In this document: in pieces, positions 52,849 to 61,885 of the stretch
Layout: every line of letters starts with the position of its first letter
How positions within the stretch are numbered: the stretch's first letter is position 1
Source of the DNA: an uncultured Hydrogenophaga sp.
Lineage (GTDB): Bacteria; Pseudomonadota; Gammaproteobacteria; Burkholderiales; Burkholderiaceae_C
NCBI GenBank assembly: GCA_964520365.1
Contig: CAZFOT010000001.1
Location: 1 to 61,885, forward strand
Reading direction: 5' to 3'
Length of the DNA: 61,885 nucleotides
The notes under the pieces: model-generated
Seen by the model: only the letters and a program-made list of their open reading frames with translations
Database searches by the model: none
What the model was told of the DNA's origin: nothing
Program-made: the position numbers and the translations under genes

Positions 52849-54075
52849 ATGCGCATCGCCTATCTGATCAGCCAGTACCCGGCGCCCTCGCACACGTTCA
52901 TCCGGCGCGAGGTGCACGCCCTGCGGCAGGCAGGCGCCGACGTGCGCACCTACAGCATCCGTCCACCAGGTGATGGGGAGTGCATGTCTTCCGATGATTG
53001 CGAGGCCCGGGATGAAACCTACTATGTTCTGCCTGTTCGCCCTTTGACGGTAGCGACACACCACCTCGTTGCCTTGTTGTCCAACCCCTTGCGATACGCG
53101 TCGGTGTTGGTATCTTCCATGAAGCACAGGGTGCCGGGCCTCAGAGGCGTGTTCAACGCACTCTTCTATTTCGGGGAATCCGTCGTGCTCGCCCATCAAC
53201 TGAGGCAACAAGGGATAGGGCACCTCCACAACCACTTCGCCAACGCCGCTGCCAATGTGGGCCGCTTGGCGGCCCAACAGCTGGGCATCCCATGGAGCCT
53301 GACGCTGCATGGCATTTCCGAAACCGACTACCCGGCGGGTTTGATGCTTGCCGAGAAGATTGCCGATGCGAAATTCGTGGCCTGCGTCTCCTACTTCGGG
53401 ATGGCGCAAGCCATGAGAATGACGCCGTTCCGGCACTGGCACAAGATGTCCATCGTGCGGTGCGGATTGAATCTTGATGCGATGCCCGAACCCTGTGCGG
53501 CCGCCAATGCCCGGCCGCGCATCATCTGCGTGGGCAGGCTGGCAGCCGAAAAGGGGCACTTCGGCCTGCTCCAGGCCTTTTCATGCTTGCGCGACAACGC
53601 CATTGATGCAAAGCTGGTTCTCGTGGGAGACGGCCCTCAGCAAGGCGAAATCCTCGAAATCGTGCGGTCGCTTCGCCTTGCAGACGACGTACAGATGCTT
53701 GGACGACTCGGCGAGCACGAGACCTTGCCGGAGATCGCCCGATCGGACGTTCTGGTACTGGCCAGCTTCATGGAAGGTCTTCCCGTTGTGCTCATGGAGG
53801 CCATGGCGCTGGGGGTGCCAGTGCTCGCCCCACGCGTTGCCGGTGTTCCCGAGCTGGTTGAGGATGGTCAACAAGGCCTGCTGTTCACACCGGGAAACTG
53901 GATGGAATTGGCCAGCGCACTTGAACGCATGTTGCGAGACCCTGACATGCGCTTGAAGATGGGTGCATCCGGAAGGATGAAAATCACCGAAGAGTTTCAG
54001 ATCGACCGCTCGGCCACTCGCTTGCTGCAATTGATCAACGACACGAGTAGCAGCGCCTCAAACAATGCGCCTTAA
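52849..54075 (+). CDS. Glycosyltransferase family 4 (WcaL-like)
   Basis: QYPAPSHTFIRRE, HLHNHF, VGRLAAEKG and SFMEGLPVVLMEAMA motifs. Confidence 0.92.
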   Translation: MRIAYLISQYPAPSHTFIRREVHALRQAGADVRTYSIRPPGDGECMSSDDCEARDETYYVLPVRPLTVATHHLVALLSNPLRYASVLVSSMKHRVPGLRGVFNALFYFGESVVLAHQLRQQGIGHLHNHFANAAANVGRLAAQQLGIPWSLTLHGISETDYPAGLMLAEKIADAKFVACVSYFGMAQAMRMTPFRHWHKMSIVRCGLNLDAMPEPCAAANARPRIICVGRLAAEKGHFGLLQAFSCLRDNAIDAKLVLVGDGPQQGEILEIVRSLRLADDVQMLGRLGEHETLPEIARSDVLVLASFMEGLPVVLMEAMALGVPVLAPRVAGVPELVEDGQQGLLFTPGNWMELASALERMLRDPDMRLKMGASGRMKITEEFQIDRSATRLLQLINDTSSSASNNAP

Positions 54076-54339
54076 AAAAGGGACGGCAAGCTCATGAGCC
54101 GCCCCTGAAAAATTCATTGTCGCAACCGCCGTGGACAAGCACCTTGAAGCCCTGGCACGCGCTGTGAATGCCATGCTGAATCCATCGACCTGTCTCGTCC
54201 GGGTTCGATTCAGCCAAGTATCCGTGTCGCCTGAACTGTGTGGCGTCGCTCGCCCGCGGATCGCGCCAAGGCAATAGGCAAAACCTGACTTCAGCCAATG
54301 CCCTTTTCTACAGCCTGACGCGACGATATGGCATCCTGG

Positions 54340-55113
54340 TCAGAAACCGTCAATCGGTGCGAAAGCAGCGATGCGCGCCGTGGCCTTATCCAAAGCCGCC
54401 ACCCAACCGGTTGACTGAAAACTCGTCACCGGCAACCAGACCACCTGCTCCTCGCTCAACCCGGTCTCCACCACCAACGCATCAATCTGCTCCCGCGCCA
54501 TGGGTTGCTTCTCGCGCAAGGCCGACACCGGTTTCGCACGCTGGAGCACCTGCTCTCGAACGTCCTCGTACGGCACCCACCAATCCGGCCTCGCCGAGGG
54601 GTCGACGCCGCTGAGCGACAACTCCAGGCTGCGCAGCATCTCATCTCCGCCCTGGGGCGTGCGCACCCCGATCACCTTTGGCCCGAACCAGCCGAGCATC
54701 TGCAACCCGCCCTGTTCAGGACGCAGCTTGTCCGTCTGTACATCCGCCACCGTCACGGCACGAAAGCGGTCCACCTCGAAGGCCAGATAGACAGGTCGGG
54801 CCTGGGCCACCGTGTGCAAGCCATAAGCCAGCGCAGCTAACTGGATCAGCGCCACCAGCGAAAGGTCCAGTGCCAGTTCGCGCCGGGACTTCTTCGGATT
54901 GAACAGCACCAGGGTAAGCAGGGGGCCGCACACCACGTCCACCGTGACCACGATCAGGAACAATTCGCGTCCGCCCACCAGCTCGCGGTAGGGATAGGGA
55001 AACCAGACGCCGAACACGAGGTAAGCCGCCAAGGCGGCCACGACCACACTGCCCAGCAGATGCCAGCCTGCCGCTTTCAGGGCGTATCGGAAGCGAAGAG
55101 TCCACATGTTCAA
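54340..55113 (-). CDS. TfpX/TfpZ family type IV pilin accessory protein
   Basis: WFPYPY...GG, VDVVCGPLLTLVLFNPKK and QLAALAYGL motifs; directly downstream of the pilin. Confidence 0.88.
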   Translation of the reverse strand: MNMWTLRFRYALKAAGWHLLGSVVVAALAAYLVFGVWFPYPYRELVGGRELFLIVVTVDVVCGPLLTLVLFNPKKSRRELALDLSLVALIQLAALAYGLHTVAQARPVYLAFEVDRFRAVTVADVQTDKLRPEQGGLQMLGWFGPKVIGVRTPQGGDEMLRSLELSLSGVDPSARPDWWVPYEDVREQVLQRAKPVSALREKQPMAREQIDALVVETGLSEEQVVWLPVTSFQSTGWVAALDKATARIAAFAPIDGF

Positions 55114-55191
55114 TCCATATTTGAGGCGTCAAAAGCCTGCTCTGGCACGGCCCCGAGCGAAGCGTGCTCATGGTACGCGGATACATATTTT

Positions 55192-55225
55192 CAAAAAAGA
55201 AAAAGGAGCGCCAAGGCGCCCCTTC
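55192..55225 (-). terminator. Intrinsic terminator after pilA
   Basis: Minus strand AAGGGGCGCC-TT-GGCGCTCCTT followed by a T-rich tract. Confidence 0.7.
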
Positions 55226-55250
55226 TTTCAAATGAAACCAGAGAGTTTGA

Positions 55251-55841
<591 letters not shown>

Positions 55842-55891
55842 GGAAAAAACTCCTTGAGGGGGGGTTGTTGGGTTGGAGACGGTACCTGTAG

Positions 55892-55908
55892 TGCAGAGAC
55901 CGTGCCAG
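55892..55908 (-). promoter_or_regulatory. Sigma-54 promoter of pilA
   Basis: Minus strand CTGGCACGGTCTCTGCA, a -24/-12 match about 50 bp upstream of the ATG. Confidence 0.8.
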
Positions 55909-55959
55909 CTTGAAATGGCCGGTGTTTCGCGTGCTATTTCACGCTTCGCGGGCCGCGGG

Positions 55960-56035
55960 TGACAATTTGCGTCCCGCAGGCGGCAAGCGAGGTGACATTT
56001 TTTGTCAGCCCTGGCCTTGGGAACATTTTTTGTCG
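55960..56035. promoter_or_regulatory. Three repeated activator-like sites (candidate PilR enhancer)
   Basis: TGACAATTTGCGTC (55960), palindromic TGACATTTTTTGTCA (55993) and GAACATTTTTTGTCG (56021). Confidence 0.55.
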
Positions 56036-56274
56036 CCGAGGTGGTTCGCTCCGGCATCGCCAGCGGACTTCTCACACAGAAACTTCTGCGGGAGGCGGCC
56101 GGCATGGACTGCATGCATCTTTCCAGCCAGCCCTGGCGGCTTTGCAGGCGTTCGATGGCCTTGGCGATGCCGACCTGTTCACCATGTCCCCGAACAGGTG
56201 TCTGCCATGTCTCCGGTCCATACACCCACCAGCGGGAGAGGGAGCAAAACCGCAACGAGTGAGACAGCCCAAAG

Positions 56275-56454
56275 CCAGGGGCATCAAGGGTCCGGCTCCG
56301 CCGGCCCGAGATGCCGTCCCCCTCCCAGCGCCCGAAGGGCGCGCCAGAGAGGGGGGCTGAGGGCTGCGGCTCCAAGCCTGCCTGCGCAGGCTTGGACAGC
56401 CCGAAGAGTCGCAGCCTCTGGCTGCGACCCCCTCCGCGAAGCGGCGCAGGGGGT
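56275..56454. repeat. Multi-hairpin REP-like element related to the repeats at 296-491
   Basis: Begins CCAG, contains CCGGC-TCC-GCCGG, ends GCGGCGCAGGGGGT; also TCCAAGCCTGC/GCAGGCTTGGA and GTCGCAGCC/GGCTGCGAC stems. Confidence 0.65.
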
Positions 56455-56465
56455 GTTCCGGTCCC

Positions 56466-57278
56466 CTACAACTCGAAGCACATACCCGCGCTCAGCCAGC
56501 GGATGTCGTGGCGCACGTCGCCGGCGCGGTTGGGCGTTTCGTCGAAGCGGCGGATCTCTTCCATGATGAGACCGGTTTCGGCGGGTTTGGTGTGGGTGAT
56601 GTAGATCGGGTACGGCGTGTTCGGCGGCGCCGGGTCGATCTGGTCGAGTTCGTCGGCCAGCGCGCTGGGCGCCAGGTGCAGGCTGCGCTGGGCCAAGGCT
56701 TTTTCGCGGTCGCTGAAGGCGGTTTCGATGATCAGCATGGCCACCGGCAACTGGTTCACGCGCTGCCAGAAGGCCGGGTTGCGGCTGGTGTCGCCGCTGA
56801 ACACCCAGTGGCCGGACGGGCTCGCCGCCGCGAAGCCGACCGCCGGCACGGTGTGCACGGCCGGCAGCACCTCCACCGCCTTGCCGCCCACCTGCAGCAC
56901 CTCGCCCACGGCGATGGGTGTGCAGCGCATGAGCGGGCTGGCGGCGCTGGGAATGGTGGAGAAGTCGGGCCAGATGAGGTTGTTGAAGATGTGGGCCTTG
57001 AGCGCGGCGATGGTGCCGGGCAGGGCGTGCACTTGCAGCGGGGGCGCGCCTTCGGCCAGGCGGCGCGCGGCCACGGCGTCGATCATGAGCGGCAGGCTGG
57101 CCACGTGGTCGAGGTGCGAGTGGGTGAGCAGCACGTGGTTGACGGCGGCCATCTCGTCCAGGGTGAGGTCGCCCACGCCGGTGCCGGCATCGATCAGGAC
57201 GTCGTCGTCGAGCAGAAAGGAAGTGGTGCGGCAGCCCTGCGCGATGGCGCCGGAACAGCCGAGAACGCGGACCCTCAT
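56466..57278 (-). CDS. MBL-fold 3',5'-cyclic nucleotide phosphodiesterase (class II-like)
   Basis: VLGCSG, IDAGTG, THSHLDH, HIFNNLIWPDF and HTVP motifs. Confidence 0.85.
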   Translation of the reverse strand: MRVRVLGCSGAIAQGCRTTSFLLDDDVLIDAGTGVGDLTLDEMAAVNHVLLTHSHLDHVASLPLMIDAVAARRLAEGAPPLQVHALPGTIAALKAHIFNNLIWPDFSTIPSAASPLMRCTPIAVGEVLQVGGKAVEVLPAVHTVPAVGFAAASPSGHWVFSGDTSRNPAFWQRVNQLPVAMLIIETAFSDREKALAQRSLHLAPSALADELDQIDPAPPNTPYPIYITHTKPAETGLIMEEIRRFDETPNRAGDVRHDIRWLSAGMCFEL

Positions 57279-57297
57279 CGTTGGTTCGGAGTTGGAG

Positions 57298-59547
57298 TCA
57301 TTTGGTGTCGAAAGTGGTCGCCCCGTCCCAGCCGGCGTCGGGCAGCGGGTGAGGCATGGAGGCTACCCGGTCCGCCATGCGCCGGTAAAGGACTTTTTCC
57401 TCGGTCCGGGCCTGAAGTTCGCGTAACAACGCGTCACACCGCTCCCGGTTCCGCGCGCGCCACGCGGCCAGCACCTGGTCCCACAGCGCCAGCTCGCGGA
57501 CCAGTTCGGGGCTGCCGTGGCCGGCCGGGCACAGCGGCGTGTGAATGGTCACGGCCACGGCCTTGCCCTTGACGCGCACGCGGTCGATTTCCTGCCACAC
57601 GAAGTCCGGCGCCCGCTGGCGGGTGGCCTCGCTGGCGACGATGGCCACGCCGTATTCGGCGGTCAGGCCCTCCAGCCGCGAGGCGAGGTTGACCGCGTCG
57701 CCGACGACGGTGTAGCTGCGGCGCACGTCGGAGCCCATGTCGCCCACGCACATGTCGCCGGTATTGAGCCCGATGCCCACGCTGATGGCGGGCAGCCCCT
57801 GGCGGGCGTGCTCGCGGTTGATGGCAGCGACCGCGGCGGCCATGTCCAGCGCGGCCTGCACCGCCAGGCGCGCGTGCTCGGGCGTGGCCACCGGCGCGCC
57901 CCAGAAGGCCATGACGCAGTCGCCCATGTATTTGTCGATGGTGCCCCGGTGAGAGCGGATGACGTGGGTGAGGCGGCTGAACAGGCTGTTGAGCAAAGCC
58001 TGCAGTTCGGTCGGCGCCATGGATTCGGAGATCTGCGTGAAGCCCCGCATGTCGCAGAACATGACCGTGAGTTCCCGCGCGTCGGCGGCCATGGAGTAGC
58101 GGTCGGGGTCCTTGACCATTTCGTCGACCAGCTCGGGCGGCACGTAGGTGCCGAACAACTGGGCCAGCTCGCGCTTGGCCCGGCTCTCCACCAGGTAGCC
58201 GTAGCTCATGTTCAGCGCGAAGGCCAGCGCCGCCACCGCGAGGGTGCTGGCCAGCGGCAGCACCAGGCCGTGGCCGAGGTAGAGCCAGCTGTTCAGGCCC
58301 ACCACCGCCGCCACCACGCCCACGCTGAGCACCACGGCGCGCGCGGCGCTCAGCAGCGGCAATGCCAGGGCCAGCACCAGCCCGCAGAGCAGCAGCATCG
58401 CCACTTCGTAGCCCAGGGCGTAGTCGGGCCGCGCCAGGGTATCGCCGTCGAGCAGGCTGGCGATCAGGTTGGCGTGGGTTTCCACGCCGGGATAGGCCTC
58501 GCCCACGGGCGTGACCCGCAGGTCGAGCAGGCCGGGGGCGGTGGTGCCCAGCAGCACGATCTTGCCCGCCAGCGCGCCGGGAGCGATGCGCCCGGCCAGC
58601 ACGTCGGCCGCCGAGTGGTAGCGGAACGATCCGCCCTGGGGTCCGCCGCGGCCGCGGAACGGCACCAGCGCGGCGGCGCGATCGTCCACCGGAATGGTCA
58701 GCTCGCCACCGGCCAGGGTGAGCCGCACGCTCGCCAGCGCCTGGTAGGCGCGGCCGAACACGCCGTCCGGCGGAAAGCCGGGTTCGACACCGGGCATGCC
58801 CATGAGGCGGCGAAACATGGCCAGCGACAGGGACTCGTAGTAGCGGCCCTCGTATTCGGCCAGCAGGGGCACGGCGCGCACCACGCCGTCGCTGGCGGTG
58901 ATGGCGTTGAAGAAGCCGGCCAGGGGCGCGGCTTCGGCCAGCGCGCCGAGGTTGGCGCCATGGCCGTTCCAGCGCGTGGCTCGGATGTCGCGCCCGCCAA
59001 GGTCTTCGCGCTGCAGCACCGGCCGGGGCAGCACGCCGCTGGTGCGGCCATCGCGGTCGCTGGTGAAGTAGTAGCCCAGCACCACGGGCCGGTCCTTGAG
59101 GCTGCGGGCCAGGCGCGCGTCGCGGTCGAGTTCGGGGCGCAGGCGCTCGATCTGTTCGGCCAGGCCGGGCGTGCCCGCCAGCGGGCCGCGCGCCAGCGCC
59201 TCGAGCTGGCCGAGTCCCGCGCTGTCGTCGGGTTCGGCGAACACGGTGTCGAAGCCCAGCAGGGCGATGCCGTGCTCGTCGAACAAGGTATCGACCAGGC
59301 GGGCCACCTGGTGGCGCGGCCAGGGCCAGCGGCCGACCTCGGCCAGGCTTTGTTCGTCAACGTCGACGATCACGATGCGCTCGTCGAGCGTTTCGGGCAT
59401 GGTGGCCCGCAGGCGGGCGTCGTAGATGAGGTCGTCGAACCGGTGCAGCGCCTCCATGGGCAGCGTGCCCAGGACGTGCAGCAGGACGAGGACCAGCGGC
59501 AGCAGGGTGACGGCGATGCGCGGGCCGTGTCTGCTCAGCGCCTGCAT
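57298..59547 (-). CDS. CHASE2-domain class III adenylate/guanylate cyclase
   Basis: CHASE2 VDVDEQSL..GRWPWPR and PGVETHA; cyclase MFCDMRGFT, DKYMGDCVMAFW and GDAVNLASRLEG. Confidence 0.93.
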   Translation of the reverse strand: MQALSRHGPRIAVTLLPLVLVLLHVLGTLPMEALHRFDDLIYDARLRATMPETLDERIVIVDVDEQSLAEVGRWPWPRHQVARLVDTLFDEHGIALLGFDTVFAEPDDSAGLGQLEALARGPLAGTPGLAEQIERLRPELDRDARLARSLKDRPVVLGYYFTSDRDGRTSGVLPRPVLQREDLGGRDIRATRWNGHGANLGALAEAAPLAGFFNAITASDGVVRAVPLLAEYEGRYYESLSLAMFRRLMGMPGVEPGFPPDGVFGRAYQALASVRLTLAGGELTIPVDDRAAALVPFRGRGGPQGGSFRYHSAADVLAGRIAPGALAGKIVLLGTTAPGLLDLRVTPVGEAYPGVETHANLIASLLDGDTLARPDYALGYEVAMLLLCGLVLALALPLLSAARAVVLSVGVVAAVVGLNSWLYLGHGLVLPLASTLAVAALAFALNMSYGYLVESRAKRELAQLFGTYVPPELVDEMVKDPDRYSMAADARELTVMFCDMRGFTQISESMAPTELQALLNSLFSRLTHVIRSHRGTIDKYMGDCVMAFWGAPVATPEHARLAVQAALDMAAAVAAINREHARQGLPAISVGIGLNTGDMCVGDMGSDVRRSYTVVGDAVNLASRLEGLTAEYGVAIVASEATRQRAPDFVWQEIDRVRVKGKAVAVTIHTPLCPAGHGSPELVRELALWDQVLAAWRARNRERCDALLRELQARTEEKVLYRRMADRVASMPHPLPDAGWDGATTFDTK

Positions 59548-59608
59548 GGGAGAGGACGCACGGGCGCGGCGCCGGCCAGCCTCTGACCCGGGCGCGCGGC
59601 CTCGCGCA

Positions 59609-60241
59609 TCACTTCTGGATGAACTGCATCTGCGTGCCCGCCAGCTCGATCAGGTCGCCATGCCGCAGCTCGGTGGCTTCGGTGCCGATGGGCTTGGCGT
59701 TGACGGTCGGGCGCGCGGACCCTTCGACCAGCGCCACCACGTAGCCTTGCGGACGGCGGGTGATGGCCGCCACGGCGACGCCGGGTTTGCCGATGGTGGT
59801 GACCACCTTGACCAGGGGCACCTCGCGGCCGGCCGCGGCGCCGGACATCACCTTGATCGCCGCGTTGCCGGTCGTGGCCGGTGCGGCGGCGGGCGGCGGC
59901 TCGACCACCGCGCCGGAGTTGATGACGGTGGTCTTCTCCATCTTGTCCGAGAAGCTGTCGTGCACGAACTTGATCTTGTACTTGCCGATCTCCACCGTGT
60001 CGCCGTTCTGCAACTGCTGCTTCTTGATCGCCTTGCCGTTGACGTAGGTGCCGTTGGTGCTGTTGAGATCTTCCAGGAACACGTCGGACCCCGACATCTG
60101 CATGACCGCGTGCTCGCCGCTGACCGCCAGGTTGTCGATCACGATGTCGTTGTAGGGACGGCGCCCCAGGGTCGTGCGGTCTTTCGTGAGCTGCACCTCC
60201 TTCATGACGACACCGTCGATGGAAACGATCATTTTCGGCAT
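59609..60241 (-). CDS. FHA-domain protein (one canonical plus one degenerate FHA)
   Basis: LGRRPYNDI, VSGEHA and DLNSTNGTYVNG motifs; second repeat ends LRHGDLIELAG. Confidence 0.9.
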   Translation of the reverse strand: MPKMIVSIDGVVMKEVQLTKDRTTLGRRPYNDIVIDNLAVSGEHAVMQMSGSDVFLEDLNSTNGTYVNGKAIKKQQLQNGDTVEIGKYKIKFVHDSFSDKMEKTTVINSGAVVEPPPAAAPATTGNAAIKVMSGAAAGREVPLVKVVTTIGKPGVAVAAITRRPQGYVVALVEGSARPTVNAKPIGTEATELRHGDLIELAGTQMQFIQK

Positions 60242-60284
60242 GGCCGACTCCTGTGGACTCTTGTGAACGGGTTCAGTGATGCGG

Positions 60285-61070
60285 TTACTGGCCCAGCATG
60301 CGAGACAGCAAACCTCTCTTCGCGGGTTTGCTCCTGGCCGCCGCCAGTATGACCGAAATATTATCGCGCCCGCCGCAGTCATTGGCTCCGTCGATGAGGG
60401 CGCGCGCCTTTTCCTCGAGCGTTCCGGCCGTCAACAGCACGGCGGCGATGCGCTCGTCGGACAGCATGTCGCTCAGTCCATCGGAGCACATCAGGAAGAG
60501 GTCGCCTTCCTCGATGCGGAATTCGTTGACTTCGAGCAACACGGTGTCCTCGACGCCGAGCGCCCGCGTGACGAGGTTCTTGTGCGTGGCGAACTGCGCC
60601 TGCTCCGGCGTGATGAGGCCGGCATCGAGCTGTTCCTGCAGCAGGGAGTGGTCGCGCGTGAGCTGCACGAAGGCGCCCGCGCGCAGCCGGTAGCAGCGCG
60701 AGTCGCCCACGTGGCCGATCAGCGTGCGATGGTCCTGGAAGACGCCCATGACCAGGGTGGTGCCCATGCCCGCGTACTGCGACTGGGAGTTGGCGGCGTT
60801 GAAGATCGAGCGGTTGGCGTTGTCGATGCAGATTTCCATCGCGCGCTTGATTTCCCGCGAACTGGCCTGTGCGCCACCCTCGGACATCCAGCGGCCCAGC
60901 TCGCCGCGCACGAACGTGGTGGCCATCGCGCTGGCCACCTCGCCCGCGTTGTAGCCGCCCATGCCGTCGGCCAGGATGACGATCTGGTTCTCGGCATCCA
61001 GCGCCACGGAGTCTTCGTTGTTTTCCCGCAGCATGCCCGTGTCCGTGAGGCAGAAATACTCGAAATTCAT
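60285..61070 (-). CDS. PP2C-type Ser/Thr phosphatase (Stp1/PppA-like)
   Basis: RENNED, ADGMGG, HVGDSR, CSDGL and GGRDN motifs. Confidence 0.93.
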   Translation of the reverse strand: MNFEYFCLTDTGMLRENNEDSVALDAENQIVILADGMGGYNAGEVASAMATTFVRGELGRWMSEGGAQASSREIKRAMEICIDNANRSIFNAANSQSQYAGMGTTLVMGVFQDHRTLIGHVGDSRCYRLRAGAFVQLTRDHSLLQEQLDAGLITPEQAQFATHKNLVTRALGVEDTVLLEVNEFRIEEGDLFLMCSDGLSDMLSDERIAAVLLTAGTLEEKARALIDGANDCGGRDNISVILAAARSKPAKRGLLSRMLGQ

Positions 61071-61366
61071 GATGAAAGCGGTAGGGTGCGGCCGCGGAAG
61101 CCTGCGGATTCTTGCGTCCAGGTCAGTATATCGGCGCGCGATCGCGGTGATCGCAGCAGGCACCCGGCGGCACCCGGGAGCCGACAGGATCGGCGCCCCG
61201 GCGCCCGGGAATGGTGGTGTCGTTTCATGCGCTGCGGATCGCGCGCGGGCGCGATGAACAAGAAGGGTGGTCGGGTTCGGGGTTTGATATTGTTGCATTT
61301 TGTTTCAAAACCCGGGGGCAAATCAAGCCCAGCTGCGTATTTAACGCTTCACGCCGCGGCAACGCG

Positions 61367-61394
61367 AAAAAAAAGGCAACGCAGGCGTTGCCTT
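61367..61394 (-). terminator. Intrinsic terminator after sucD
   Basis: Minus strand AAGGCAACGC-CT-GCGTTGCC followed by a T run. Confidence 0.8.
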
Positions 61395-61416
61395 CTTCAC
61401 GCTCACGCGCAACTTG

Positions 61417-61885
61417 TCACAGCAGCGATTTCAGCAGCTTGCCCATCTCGGACGGGTTGCGCGTGACCTTGAAGCCGCACTCTTCCATGATGGCCAGCTT
61501 GGCGTCGGCCGTGTCGGCGCCACCGGAGATCAGCGCGCCGGCGTGACCCATGCGCTTGCCGGCAGGCGCGGTGACCCCGGCGATGAAGCCGACCACGGGC
61601 TTTTTCATGTTGGCCTTGCACCACAGGGCGGCCTCGGCCTCGTCGGGCCCGCCGATCTCGCCGATCATGATGACCGCGTCGGTGTCGGGATCGTCGTTGA
61701 AGGCCTGCATCACGTCGATGTGCTTGAGGCCGTTGATGGGATCGCCGCCGATGCCCACGGCGCTGGACTGGCCCAGGCCGATTTCGGTGAGCTGCGCCAC
61801 GGCTTCATAGGTCAGCGTGCCCGAGCGCGAGACCACGCCGATGCGGCCCTTCTTGTGGATGTGGCCGGGCATGATGCCGATCTTG
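61417..61885 (-). CDS. sucD: Succinyl-CoA synthetase alpha subunit, 3' part only
   Basis: [22 protein letters not shown] and RMGHAGA motifs. Confidence 0.97.
   Translation of the reverse strand, partial: KIGIMPGHIHKKGRIGVVSRSGTLTYEAVAQLTEIGLGQSSAVGIGGDPINGLKHIDVMQAFNDDPDTDAVIMIGEIGGPDEAEAALWCKANMKKPVVGFIAGVTAPAGKRMGHAGALISGGADTADAKLAIMEECGFKVTRNPSEMGKLLKSLL

Noticed and set aside
48114..55160. Other TGGCAC occurrences (~48115, ~54153, ~55143) as sigma-54 promoters
   Set aside because: The -12 GC is absent or wrongly spaced
55842..56375. Long N-terminal extension of the pilin in the ORF track
   Set aside because: The real start is at 55841 (prepilin leader, RBS); the extension overlaps the promoter and repeat

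Overview
GC-rich betaproteobacterial chromosome segment (gene set and style resemble Comamonadaceae; inference). The left flank is core: lplT, a two-receiver protein, glutathione peroxidase, a yybP-ykoY riboswitch with terC, an M48 peptidase and moaC. The right flank is also core: tfpX/Z, pilA, a cNMP phosphodiesterase, a CHASE2 cyclase, an FHA protein, a PP2C phosphatase and sucD. Between moaC and tfpZ-pilA lies a ~47.5 kb mosaic surface-glycan locus with four parts. (i) A Wzx/Wzy exopolysaccharide machine (Wzx, Wzy-like, split Wzc, OM barrel, Wza, WcaJ-type priming enzyme, many GTs). (ii) A lipid-linked pentofuranose pathway like mycobacterial DPA synthesis (HAD-UbiA, DprE1, DprE2, flippase-like protein, two GT-C enzymes). 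(iii) A translationally coupled PKS - twin GT2 - NRPS - PPTase block, in which the NRPS is formyltransferase / Gly-type A domain split by a luciferase-like monooxygenase / PCP and the PKS has its DH inserted inside the KR. (iv) IS5/IS630 debris, AT-rich glycosyltransferases and decayed paralogues. The best candidate for an undescribed system is a polysaccharide (or pilin glycan) decorated with both a PKS/NRPS-made group and pentofuranose. All calls come from motif reading by eye; no searches were run.
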